A stretch of 64,000 nt of DNA from contig CAYJVR010000001.1 in the NCBI GenBank assembly GCA_964373715.1, positions 21,164 to 85,163 on the forward strand. The letters are read 5' to 3'. Source of the DNA: an uncultured Planctomycetia bacterium (GTDB taxonomy: Bacteria; Omnitrophota; Gorgyraeia; 1-14-0-20-64-10). Each line of letters opens with the position of its first letter. Position 1 is the first letter of the stretch. Made by a program: the position numbers and the translations under genes. Positions 55,663 through 64,000 of the stretch are shown here, one piece after another. The notes under the pieces were generated by a model. The model saw only the letters and a list, made by a program, of their open reading frames with translations, had not been told where the DNA came from and made no database searches.

Positions 55663-57095
55663 ATTACACGACGGTCATCGGGTTAGAGGTGCATCTTCAG
55701 CTCAAGACGGCCACGAAGATCTTTTGCGGCTGCTCCAACCGTTTCGGCGCCGCGCCCAACAGCCAGGTGTGCCCGGTCTGCCTTGGGTTTCCGGGCACGC
55801 TTCCCGTTCTGAACCGGCAGGTTTTGGTTTCCGGGATCAGGGTGGCGCTGGGCTTAAGCTGCGGTGTTCAGCCGAGGATCGTTTTTCACCGGAAAAACTA
55901 TTTCTACCCGGATTTGCCTAAGGCTTATCAGATTTCCCAGTACGATTTGCCGCTCGGTTCCAATGGTTTTGTCCAGGTCGGCGGCCAGAAGGTTCGGGTC
56001 AACAGGGTCCACATGGAGGAGGATGCCGGCAAGCTGATCCATAAGGAGGGGGAGAACGCGAGCCTCGTGGATTACAACCGCTGCGGCGTTCCTTTGCTGG
56101 AGATCGTCAGCGAGCCGGATATGCGCTTCCCGGAAGAGGCGCATGCCTACCTGAAGACGCTCAAGGGGATATTGGAATACCTCGATGTCTCCGACTGCGA
56201 TATGGAAAAAGGGTCCCTACGCTGCGACGCGAACGTCTCCTTGACCCCGGATACCAAGGTGTTCGGTTCAAAGGTGGAGATCAAGAACCTGAATTCGTTC
56301 AAAGCGGTTGCCCGCGCGCTGGCTTACGAGGTGCAGCGGCAGGCCGCTGTTCTTGATGAAGGGGGCCGCGTTCAGCAGGAGACCCGCCTGTGGGACGATG
56401 TGAAGGAGATGACGCAAGGGATGCGCAGCAAGGAGTTCGCCCACGACTACCGCTATTTTCCTGAGCCGGACCTGGTTCCGTTTTCCGTTTCAAAGGAAGA
56501 GATTGGGGCTGTCCGGGCCGTTCTTCCGGAGTTGCCGGCCCAAAAGGCAGACCGGTTTGTCCGCGAATACGGGCTTCCGGCGACGGACGCGGCCGGTTTG
56601 ACGGCTGAAAAAGCGAGTGCCGATTACTACGAAGAATGCGTTAAGCGCGCTCCGGAAGGCAGCCAAGGCAAAACCTTAGCCAACTGGATCCTCAGCGACG
56701 TTGCGCGGGAGATGAACGAGCGCGGCCTGGACGACATCGGCGCGCTGGGTTTCCCGCCCGAACGGCTCGTTGAACTGGTCGGGTTGATCCAATCGGGTGT
56801 GATCAGCGGAAAGATGGCGAAAGAGGTTTTTATCGAGGCGGTGGAGTCGCGGCAGTCTCCCTCTGAGGTGGTGAAAGCCAAAGGGTTGGCCCAGGTGACC
56901 GATCGCGGCGCCATCCAGGAGGCGGCCTTATCCGTGATTCAGGAGCAGCCTCGCGCCGTTGAGGATTATCGCGGCGGCAAGGCGCAGGCGCTGATGTTTA
57001 TGGTGGGGCAGCTGATGCGCAAAACAAAAGGGGCCGCCAGCCCCGCGCTTTCGCAGGAGATTTTGCGCGAACTTTTGGAAAAGAAAAATGCTTAA
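55659..57095 (+). CDS. gatB: Asp/Glu-tRNA amidotransferase subunit B
   Basis: MNYTTVIGLEVHLQL...CGCSN GatB N-terminus. ATGA overlap with gatA. Confidence 0.9.
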   Translation: MNYTTVIGLEVHLQLKTATKIFCGCSNRFGAAPNSQVCPVCLGFPGTLPVLNRQVLVSGIRVALGLSCGVQPRIVFHRKNYFYPDLPKAYQISQYDLPLGSNGFVQVGGQKVRVNRVHMEEDAGKLIHKEGENASLVDYNRCGVPLLEIVSEPDMRFPEEAHAYLKTLKGILEYLDVSDCDMEKGSLRCDANVSLTPDTKVFGSKVEIKNLNSFKAVARALAYEVQRQAAVLDEGGRVQQETRLWDDVKEMTQGMRSKEFAHDYRYFPEPDLVPFSVSKEEIGAVRAVLPELPAQKADRFVREYGLPATDAAGLTAEKASADYYEECVKRAPEGSQGKTLANWILSDVAREMNERGLDDIGALGFPPERLVELVGLIQSGVISGKMAKEVFIEAVESRQSPSEVVKAKGLAQVTDRGAIQEAALSVIQEQPRAVEDYRGGKAQALMFMVGQLMRKTKGAASPALSQEILRELLEKKNA

Positions 57096-57127
57096 TCGAA
57101 TCCTTTTTACTGCGGAGGGTTAGCCGG

Positions 57128-58405
57128 ATGAAACGGTCCTCTCGGAAGCTGGTTGCGGGGGCGGTGTTTGCCGTTGCGGTCCTCACGGCTGTTTTCTTTT
57201 TTGTGCCGGGCGGATGGAGTGCTCCGAAAAAATCCACAGTGGAAGCACTCTACGATCAGGTGGAGCTGTTGGCCGAGACGATCACCATAATCCAGTCCGA
57301 TTATGTCAATGAGGTGGACCCAAAGCGCCTGATTTACGGAGCTCTTAAAGGGCTCGTGGAGTCTTTGGACCGGCACAGCCAGTTCCTTGACCCGGGTGCT
57401 TTCACGGAGATGCAAGTGGAGACCAAGGGGGAATTCGGCGGGGTCGGCCTCGAGATCACGATCTCCAAGGACGGCTATTTAACGGTCGTTGCCCCGATTG
57501 ACGACACCCCGGCATTTACCTCCGGTTTGCGGCCGAACGATAAAATCGTTAAGATCGACGACCAATCTACGAGAGGGATTTCTCTCCATGAAGCGGTCAA
57601 GAAGCTGCGCGGCCGGGCCGGGACGAAAGTAAACCTCTCGATCTTCCGCGAATCCGAAAACAAGATGTTGAAGGTGGTTCTCACGCGTGCTGTGGTCAAG
57701 ATACAATCGGTCAAGGACGCCAAGATCATGGACGGCAACATCGCCTACATTCGTTTAGCCGAGTTTCAGGATTATACCGGGATAGATTTAAAGAAAAAAC
57801 TCAGCCAATTTGCTCCGAAATCCTTGGACGGCTTGATACTCGATTTAAGGAACAACCCGGGCGGTCTTTTGGATGTTGCGGTCGAGGTGGCCGGCAGTTT
57901 CCTTCCCAAGGGCAGGCTGGTTGTCTCCACCAAAGGGCGCGTGAAGAGCCAGAATATGGAATTCTACGGCAAGGAGGAGTCTCCGCAGCTGGATTACCCG
58001 ATGGTTGTTTTGATTAACGGAGGGTCGGCTTCCGCTTCGGAGATTGTTGCCGGTGCTTTGAGGGATCACGAAAGGGCGATTTTAATGGGCACAAAAAGTT
58101 TCGGGAAGGGTTCCGTTCAGACCGTGATCCCATTGAAGGACGGGTCCGCCATCCGTTTGACGACCAGCCTCTATTACACTCCCTCCGGCAAGACGATTCA
58201 TGGGGAGGGATTACAGCCTGATATTTTAGTTGAGGATGCGGAACCTGACGCTTCGGAAAAAGAAGAGAAAGAAGAAAAAGAAGAAAAAGAGGAAAAAGAG
58301 CAGCCCAAATTGCCCGAGGGGCTCGATGCGAAGCAGATGAAAGATCCGGTTCTGTTGCGGGCGTTGGACCTTTTAAAGGGACTTAAGGTTTACAAGCTGA
58401 ACTAA
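57128..58405 (+). CDS. ctpA: Carboxyl-terminal processing protease (S41 family, PDZ-containing)
   Basis: Signal anchor, PDZ domain, and S41 catalytic region (GGSASASEIVAGAL...GTKSFGKGSVQ). C-terminal (EKE)n tail. Confidence 0.85.
   Translation: MKRSSRKLVAGAVFAVAVLTAVFFFVPGGWSAPKKSTVEALYDQVELLAETITIIQSDYVNEVDPKRLIYGALKGLVESLDRHSQFLDPGAFTEMQVETKGEFGGVGLEITISKDGYLTVVAPIDDTPAFTSGLRPNDKIVKIDDQSTRGISLHEAVKKLRGRAGTKVNLSIFRESENKMLKVVLTRAVVKIQSVKDAKIMDGNIAYIRLAEFQDYTGIDLKKKLSQFAPKSLDGLILDLRNNPGGLLDVAVEVAGSFLPKGRLVVSTKGRVKSQNMEFYGKEESPQLDYPMVVLINGGSASASEIVAGALRDHERAILMGTKSFGKGSVQTVIPLKDGSAIRLTTSLYYTPSGKTIHGEGLQPDILVEDAEPDASEKEEKEEKEEKEEKEQPKLPEGLDAKQMKDPVLLRALDLLKGLKVYKLN
58255..58310 (+). repeat. Low-complexity (GAA/AAA)n repeat encoding an EKEEKEEKEEKEEKE tail inside ctp
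   Basis: gaaaaagaagagaaagaagaaaaagaagaaaaagaggaaaaagag, a slippage-prone purine tract. Confidence 0.6.
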
Positions 58406-58429
58406 CAGTTAGGTCTTTTCGAACAGCTC

Positions 58430-59626
58430 ATGCCACCTCGTCCAACTTCCACCTTCGGTTTTTCTGCGAAGATGCTTGCGGGGATCTCCGGCCTGATCCT
58501 GCTGGCGATCTTCTTCATCGTGGGTCGTTCCGCTGATATGAATGCCGACGCTCGCAGCGCGCAGAAGATTACTGCGGCTGTTTTAAAGGCCCACGGGATC
58601 GGGCTGAAGAGAGATCTTATTGCCGAGGAGACCGTTCAACTCAGGCGAGGGAAAGCCCAGTGGAGTTTTCTTGAGCAGCGCTACAAAGTCGGATCCGGTT
58701 TCCGGATGGAAAATTTCCGCGACGCGCTGGGGAAAAGTCTCAAACCCCGCCATTTGGAGGTTCTTAAATCGGAGCGTGTGAGAAAAGGGAATGGGTGGGT
58801 TTTCAAAGCGGAGGTCGGCCGTCCGGATACCCTGTTCTACAGGGTGGTGTTGGCGGAACCGCCTGCCTCCGCGCCTCCGGCATCCTCCGTGCAGGTTCCT
58901 GTTCAGGCGCCCGTCCCTGTTTTCCCCCTCGCCTCTCCGGAGATACCGAGAGGCAAAGGAAAGATTGCGATCATCCTGGATGATTGGGGCTACAGCATGC
59001 GGCAGATTCCGGCTCTCGATGCCATCCGGCAGCCCTTGACCGTCTCGGTTTTACCGGGATTGCCCCACTCAGCCGATGTGGCGAAGGCGGCCAGGGGGGC
59101 GGGACATCAGGTGATGCTCCATCTGCCGATGGAACCGCTGAATTCCAACGCTCCGAGGGAGTCCCGGATGATTTCTTCCGGGATGCCGAAGAAGGATATA
59201 CTCCGAGTGATAGAAAGCTCTCTCGCCAGCGTTCCCTATGTTTCCGGGATCAATAATCACCAGGGATCAAAGGCGACTTCCGACAGGGAACTGATGCGGG
59301 TTGTTTTGGGCGAAGTTAAAAAGCGGGGTCTCTTTTTCGTGGACAGCGTTGTGACCGATCGGACCATATGCGCAGAAGTCGCAAAAGGAATGAAGATTAA
59401 GTTTGCTAAAAGGGCTGTTTTTCTCGATAACGAAGGGGATCCGGCGGCGATCCGCGCGCAGCTTCTGCGCGCGGCGGCCGAGGCCTCCAAGAGCGGCAAA
59501 GCGATTGCTATCGGGCACGACCGGCCGGCCACACTGAAAGTCCTCGGTTCCGTTTTACCGGACCTGGAGAAGGCAGGTTACAGTGTCGTGGCCGCCTCTG
59601 AGTTGACCGACCTCCAGGGAGAGTAA
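58430..59626 (+). CDS. Divergent polysaccharide deacetylase family protein (YibQ-like)
   Basis: N-terminal TM, and a C-terminal domain matching the divergent polysaccharide deacetylase family (KIAIILDDWGYS...NNHQGSKATSD). Confidence 0.7.
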   Translation: MPPRPTSTFGFSAKMLAGISGLILLAIFFIVGRSADMNADARSAQKITAAVLKAHGIGLKRDLIAEETVQLRRGKAQWSFLEQRYKVGSGFRMENFRDALGKSLKPRHLEVLKSERVRKGNGWVFKAEVGRPDTLFYRVVLAEPPASAPPASSVQVPVQAPVPVFPLASPEIPRGKGKIAIILDDWGYSMRQIPALDAIRQPLTVSVLPGLPHSADVAKAARGAGHQVMLHLPMEPLNSNAPRESRMISSGMPKKDILRVIESSLASVPYVSGINNHQGSKATSDRELMRVVLGEVKKRGLFFVDSVVTDRTICAEVAKGMKIKFAKRAVFLDNEGDPAAIRAQLLRAAAEASKSGKAIAIGHDRPATLKVLGSVLPDLEKAGYSVVAASELTDLQGE

Positions 59627-59690
59627 TCGCCTTAAGGGTTCCCCACATCTGCTGCTTGTTCCTCTTTCGGACGGGTGGTATCCTGAAGTC

Positions 59691-60713
59691 ATGCTTGTTT
59701 TGGGAATTGAGACCTCGTGCGATGAGACCGCGTTTGCTTTGGTCAAAGACGGCCGGGAGATTCTCGCTACCCAGGTCGCGTCCAGCCTTAAAGCGCATCA
59801 ACGGTACGGCGGGGTGGTTCCTGAGATTGCCAGCCGCGCCCATGTCGAGCTTTTAACCTACGAGCTGGAAGTGCTCCTATCCGCCGCGAAAATTTCTCCC
59901 GGTCAGATTGACCGGATTGCGGTGACGTATGGGCCCGGGTTGCCCGGTTCTCTGGTGATCGGTATCGCTGCCGCCAAGTCTTTGGGTATTGCATGGGGCA
60001 AGCCGGTGGTGGGCGCGAATCATCTGCACGCGCATCTTTATGCCGCTTTAATGGGACTGCCCCGCTGGTCTTTGGACTCTCCGATGATCGGTCTCGTCAT
60101 TTCCGGGGGCCACACGGCGCTGGTGCGGACGGAGGGTATATGGAAATTTTCCCTTTTAGGCCAGACCCGGGATGATGCTGTGGGGGAGGCGTTTGACAAG
60201 GTGGCGAAGCTGCTGGGGTTAGGGTTTCCCGGCGGGCCGGAGATCCAGAGGGTCGCTTCCTCGGGGAACGCCCGGGCTCACCGCTTTACCGTTCCGAAAA
60301 TAAAATCCGGGTCGGCCTATGATTTCTCTTTCAGCGGCATTAAAACCGCTGTTTTGTATAAGATCCGGAAACCCGGCTCAGAAGATTCCGGGAAACTGGA
60401 GTCTCAGCAGGTAGCCGATTTGGCGGCCAGTTTTCAGAGCGCTATAGTGGAGGAGGTTGTGATGAAGGCGGTGAAGGCCTGCCGGGCAAGCAGGATTCGC
60501 CACCTGGCTGTCGGCGGGGGAGTGATCGCCAATTCTAGGTTACGTGAGCGTCTTCAGGAGGTGTGCGCCGATCTCAAAATTGAGGCGGCGATCCCTCCGA
60601 TGGATTTATGCACCGATAACGGAGCGATGATCGCGGGATTAGGGTTTCATCTTCAACCAAGCGGTTTTTCAGAACTGGCGGCCATTCCGGACCTGCCTGT
60701 GGGGTTAAACTGA
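59691..60713 (+). CDS. tsaD: tRNA N6-adenosine threonylcarbamoyltransferase
   Basis: MLVLGIETSCDETAFALV canonical Kae1/TsaD N-terminus. Confidence 0.9.
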   Translation: MLVLGIETSCDETAFALVKDGREILATQVASSLKAHQRYGGVVPEIASRAHVELLTYELEVLLSAAKISPGQIDRIAVTYGPGLPGSLVIGIAAAKSLGIAWGKPVVGANHLHAHLYAALMGLPRWSLDSPMIGLVISGGHTALVRTEGIWKFSLLGQTRDDAVGEAFDKVAKLLGLGFPGGPEIQRVASSGNARAHRFTVPKIKSGSAYDFSFSGIKTAVLYKIRKPGSEDSGKLESQQVADLAASFQSAIVEEVVMKAVKACRASRIRHLAVGGGVIANSRLRERLQEVCADLKIEAAIPPMDLCTDNGAMIAGLGFHLQPSGFSELAAIPDLPVGLN

Positions 60714-60714
60714 C

Positions 60715-61173
60715 ATGTCGGACAGAGAGGTTATCTTAAGGTTGGTTCTGGCTTTTGTGTTGAGCGCTTTGGTGGGGTTGGAGCGGGAGGTGAGTGGCCG
60801 GGCGGCCGGTTTCAGGACGCACATCCTCGTTTGTGTCGGTTCAACGCTGATCATGCTCACCTCCATATATCTTTACGAGCAGTATAAAACGCTAGGCGGC
60901 GGAGTTGATCCCGGCAGGGTGGCCGCGCAGGTGGTCAGCGGGATTGGTTTTCTCGGCGCCGGAACGATCATTCAGATTAAGGATTCGGTCAGGGGGTTGA
61001 CGACTGCCGCCAGCCTGTGGGTGGCGGCCGGCATCGGGCTGGCTGTCGGGACCGGTTTTTACGTGGGGGCTCTGGGGACCACGGCTCTGGTGTTGATTGT
61101 GCTGTTCTTTTTATCCAGGCTTGAACGGCATGTGGTCGGCTCAAAGCGGTCGAATATGCCGGAGCCTGAATAA
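60715..61173 (+). CDS. MgtC/SapB-family membrane protein
   Basis: LRLVLAFVLSALVGLEREVSGRAAGFRTHILVCVGS MgtC signature. Confidence 0.8.
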   Translation: MSDREVILRLVLAFVLSALVGLEREVSGRAAGFRTHILVCVGSTLIMLTSIYLYEQYKTLGGGVDPGRVAAQVVSGIGFLGAGTIIQIKDSVRGLTTAASLWVAAGIGLAVGTGFYVGALGTTALVLIVLFFLSRLERHVVGSKRSNMPEPE

Positions 61174-61214
61174 GATGGATCGGCGGCGAGTAATCCGATA
61201 AGGAGGATGGCGAT

Positions 61215-61742
61215 ATGGCAATCATGGGAAGGTCAAAAGGCAAACCTGAGGAATCTCAATCCCGCGTTTTGGATGTGGCGGCTAGCATGCAGGGCTCCCT
61301 GATTTTTCAGGAGCCGGTTTCCCTGAGGATCAGTGGCCGGTTCGAGGGATCCCTTCAAACTAAGGGGGAGCTTACCATTGCCGAACAGGCGGTTGTTGAG
61401 GCGGATATTACCGGGGAGACGATCACGATTGCCGGCAGGGTGTCCGGCAAGCTTATCGCCAAGAATTCGTTGAGGATTGTCCCTCCGGCTTTGGTGACCG
61501 GGGAGATATGGACTCCGTCTCTTGAGGTCGAGGCTGGCGGCCGGATTGAGGGGGAGATCCACATGGGACAGCAGGGCCAGACGATGACACTGGAAGAGGT
61601 TGCCACGTATCTCGAAGTGGATAGTCGCACCATCGAGCAGTGGGCCCGGGAAGGGAAGATCTCAGGGATGCAGGAGAAAGGGAAATGGCAGTTCGAGAAG
61701 GTGAGAGTAGACAACTGGGTAGCCAGTCAGAAAAGTTCCTGA
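61215..61742 (+). CDS. Bactofilin-domain (polymer-forming cytoskeletal) protein fused to a C-terminal excisionase-type HTH (HTH_17)
   Basis: Bactofilin beta-helix repeats (LRISGRFEGSLQTKGELTIAEQAVVEADITGETITIAGRVSGKLIA...IEGEI). Then MTLEEVATYLEVDSRTIEQWAREGKISGMQEKGKWQFEKVRVDNWV. Confidence 0.7.
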   Translation: MAIMGRSKGKPEESQSRVLDVAASMQGSLIFQEPVSLRISGRFEGSLQTKGELTIAEQAVVEADITGETITIAGRVSGKLIAKNSLRIVPPALVTGEIWTPSLEVEAGGRIEGEIHMGQQGQTMTLEEVATYLEVDSRTIEQWAREGKISGMQEKGKWQFEKVRVDNWVASQKSS

Positions 61743-62071
61743 CGCTTGAAGAGGCTGCGAAGCGGCTGGATCTGCCGACGGATGTTGTGGAGAGCATGGT
61801 CCGTTCCGGCAAGCTGCCTTCTTTTCGGCTGGGGGGCGATATTCTCCGGTTGAAGGCCTCAGACGTGGAGGCGGTCAGGGCTGGGCTGGCGTGGCCTAAA
61901 CCGGATTTTAAGACGGCGGTCGCAAAGTCGGTTCCAGCGCCTGCGGCACGCGAGCCTGTTTCTCCGCCTGGCCCTGTGGACAGATTTGCCGATTTCCTCT
62001 ATTACAACGATTTTTACATCGTTGGTCTCCTCATTATCCTGACGTTGGTGGCCATCATTTTCGCTCTCTAA
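61685..62071 (+). CDS. HTH_17-type helix-turn-helix protein with a C-terminal TM anchor. Start uncertain; overlaps the preceding gene.
   Basis: LTLEEAAKRLDLPTDVVESMVRSGKLPSFRLGGDILRLKASDVEAV HTH, then a C-terminal hydrophobic helix (IVGLLIILTLVAIIFAL). The only in-frame ATG is 61685; alternatively a CTG near 61739. Confidence 0.45.
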   Translation: MAVREGESRQLGSQSEKFLTLEEAAKRLDLPTDVVESMVRSGKLPSFRLGGDILRLKASDVEAVRAGLAWPKPDFKTAVAKSVPAPAAREPVSPPGPVDRFADFLYYNDFYIVGLLIILTLVAIIFAL

Positions 62072-62098
62072 AAAAGACCGCGGGGTTTTCCTCTTCCA

Positions 62099-62866
62099 TT
62101 GAAAAAACAACTTGAATTGCTCCTTTTAAAATATAAAAAAGGCACGATGAAGCGTTCCGAACTTGTGGCGGCGCTGAAGGATTTTCCGTACAAGGATCTC
62201 CGGTTCGCGAAGGTGGACACCCACCGGGGTTTGCGGAGAGATTTCGCCGAGGTGATTTACGCCAAGGGAAAGACGCCGGCCGACATCGTGGCAATCGCCC
62301 GGGTTTTGCGCGAGTCGGGCCATTCCGTTCTGGTGACCAAGCTAGATTCCGCCAAGTCGAAGTCGGTCCGGAAAGAACTGCCCTGGCTGACCTATTTCCC
62401 GGAGGCCCGGATTGCCGCAAGCGGGTTTCCGCCGCGCCGGATCGGAAACGGCCGGAAGCCTGAAATGGCCGGTTCTGTTCTTATTGTGACGGCTGGAACG
62501 AGCGATATCCCGGTGGCGGAAGAATGTTTTGTGACGCTGAGGTCGTTCGGCATCCCGGCCCGGAAGATTTTCGACGTGGGAGTGGCCGGACTGCATCGGG
62601 TTCTGGCGCACCGCAAGCAGCTTCAGGCGGCCCGCGTTATCGTCGTGGTCGCCGGGATGGACGGGGCTTTGCCGAGCGTTATCAGCGGGTTGGTCGGTTC
62701 TCCGGTGATCGCTGTCCCCACCAGCGCTGGTTACGGCGCCTCCTTTAAAGGGGTCGCCCCTCTCTTAACGATGCTCAACAGCTGTTCGCCGGGTGTGGCG
62801 GTGGTCAACATTGACAACGGATTCGGCGCCGGCTACCTCGCCGCGGCGATCGTTAGAAATAAGTGA
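62099..62866 (+). CDS. larB: Nickel-pincer nucleotide cofactor biosynthesis carboxylase/hydrolase LarB (PurE-like)
   Basis: DLRFAKVDTHRGLRRDFAEVIYAKGKT... and a PurE-like C-terminal half (VLIVTAGTSDIPVAEE...VVAGMDGALPSVISGL). TTG start. Confidence 0.8.
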   Translation: MKKQLELLLLKYKKGTMKRSELVAALKDFPYKDLRFAKVDTHRGLRRDFAEVIYAKGKTPADIVAIARVLRESGHSVLVTKLDSAKSKSVRKELPWLTYFPEARIAASGFPPRRIGNGRKPEMAGSVLIVTAGTSDIPVAEECFVTLRSFGIPARKIFDVGVAGLHRVLAHRKQLQAARVIVVVAGMDGALPSVISGLVGSPVIAVPTSAGYGASFKGVAPLLTMLNSCSPGVAVVNIDNGFGAGYLAAAIVRNK

Positions 62867-63597
62867 ACCTCCTTTACATTGACGCCTCCGCCGGTTTAAG
62901 CGGCGATATGCTGTTGGCCTCGCTGCTGGATTTGGGACTGCCCATGTCGCTGGTCCGGGGAACGGCCCGGGCTTTAAAGCTGCCCCCGCTTTCCATGAGA
63001 ATGGAAAAGGTCAACTGGGCGGGGTATTCGGCAACCCGGGTTTTTATCCAGACCCGGCATGAAGATCCTTCTCTCAGGCATGCGGATGACCTTTTCCGCC
63101 GTTTGCGGGAGGCGGTTGGGTTTTCCCATGCTCTCAGGGAAAGGATATTCAGGACTGTTTCCGTGCTGACGGGGGCCGAGGGGGTCGTCCACGGTGTTTC
63201 TTCGAGAGAGGTGGTTTTTCAACAGCTTGGTTGCGTGGATACGCTTGCCGCGGTAGCCGGTTTCTGCGCCGGTTTAGATTATTTTGGGATTGATCGGATC
63301 CATGTGTCGCCGGTTCCGGTAGGGCAGTGGCATCAGGATCACTACGGAGCGTGGAAGGCCGAGCCGGGTCCCGCGACGGTGAGAATGCTGAAACGGTTTC
63401 CGACACGGTTTCTGAAAGAGCGTTTTGAGTGGACCACTCCAACTGGTTCGGCGCTTATCGCTGCTTTGGCAAAACCGGGCGCGGCTCCCCCGTTTACGCT
63501 ACTTAACGTGGGATACTCCGCTGGGCACAGGTGGTTTACCGGTCGGGCCGGTGTGTTGAAGGTTCTTTTAGGCAGGGAATTCCGAGCGTATCATTAA
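62863..63597 (+). CDS. larC: LarC N-terminal-domain protein (LarC1/DUF111 part of the nickel insertase). The C-terminal half is not adjacent.
   Basis: MNLLYIDASAGLSGDMLLASLLDLG canonical LarC N-terminus. At 244 aa it is shorter than full-length LarC (about 400 aa), so it looks like a split gene. Confidence 0.75.
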   Translation: MNLLYIDASAGLSGDMLLASLLDLGLPMSLVRGTARALKLPPLSMRMEKVNWAGYSATRVFIQTRHEDPSLRHADDLFRRLREAVGFSHALRERIFRTVSVLTGAEGVVHGVSSREVVFQQLGCVDTLAAVAGFCAGLDYFGIDRIHVSPVPVGQWHQDHYGAWKAEPGPATVRMLKRFPTRFLKERFEWTTPTGSALIAALAKPGAAPPFTLLNVGYSAGHRWFTGRAGVLKVLLGREFRAYH

Positions 63598-63610
63598 AAA
63601 TCTTTTAGTC

Positions 63611-63639
63611 TTGACATGACCCTTACGGTTGTATAGACT
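63611..63639 (+). promoter_or_regulatory. Candidate sigma-70 promoter TTGACA-17-TAGACT
   Basis: ttgaca 63611-16, 17-nt spacer, tagact 63634-39, 12 nt before the ATG region of the TPR gene. Confidence 0.35.
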
Positions 63640-63650
63640 TACCAATAACG

Positions 63651-64000
63651 ATGAAGGCAGACTTCAACAACGGCGACCATGATGTTGCTCAAACGGAAGA
63701 AGTCGTTTCCTTCGGGAAAACCCTCTCTCTCGATCGCATGAAACGGTATCCGAGTATCACTCCTATTCTCCAAATCAGCTCCTTATTCATGGCAGCGCTC
63801 TTCTTGACCGGTTCTGTCAGGCCGGGGGAGCTTTTGCTTGATCAGTCCAACTTTTACAGGGCTGAGGGGCGGGAAGCTCAGCTGACGGGTGATTTGGATA
63901 CTGCGGAAGCTTCCTATAGAAAAGCGATCATTAACAATCCGTATTTCGCAGAAGCCTATGTGGATCTTGGCGTGATCCTTGAAAGCCGCGGCAAGGCCGA
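63651..64000 (+). CDS. TPR-repeat protein (partial, continues past the window end)
   Basis: MKADFNNGDHD..., a TM-like segment, then TPR-like AEASYRKAIINNPYFAEAYVDLGVILESRGKA. Confidence 0.5.
   Translation, partial: MKADFNNGDHDVAQTEEVVSFGKTLSLDRMKRYPSITPILQISSLFMAALFLTGSVRPGELLLDQSNFYRAEGREAQLTGDLDTAEASYRKAIINNPYFAEAYVDLGVILESRGKA

Overview
This 64 kb window is a high-GC (~60%) bacterial chromosomal segment with almost every gene on the + strand. The organism cannot be placed from sequence alone.

**Housekeeping blocks**
- yggS-proC-yggT-PNP-ileS-dksA-lspA-lgt-rluD
- aroA, then mreB-mreC-mreD-pbp2-rodA
- rplU-rpmA-obg-proB-proA-nadD
- argS, a short mfd, two parvulin isomerases, pdxA-rsmA, gatCAB, ctp, tsaD, mgtC, larB-larC

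**Centrepiece (about 17.5-35.1 kb)**
A contiguous type IV pilus supercluster that appears to be wired to c-di-GMP:
- small HTH protein
- TM-HAMP-GAF-GGDEF protein with a degenerate GPDEF active site
- pilT
- stand-alone MshEN (GspE-N) domain protein
- two tandem pilB ATPases
- pilC
- major pilin followed by a 19-bp-stem hairpin
- GspI-like and GspJ-like minor pilins
- three tandem PilX/GspK-like paralogs (two near-identical)
- pilMNOPQ, with a lysine-rich insert in PilN

**Other oddities**
- A second pilin paralog lies about 4 kb downstream, next to a TPR-HExxH protein.
- No pilD, pilR/S or pilY1 is in the window.
- The mfd lacks its N- and C-terminal domains.
- A bactofilin is fused to an excisionase-type HTH, with a second HTH-TM gene overlapping it.
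- An unannotated 46-aa zinc-ribbon ORF sits between the CNNM gene and rsfS.
- A stand-alone LigD phosphoesterase and a signal-less BtuF-like protein are present.
- A CCGTAAGGA palindromic motif is reused in intergenic hairpins.

No rRNA, tRNA, CRISPR or mobile elements were recognised.
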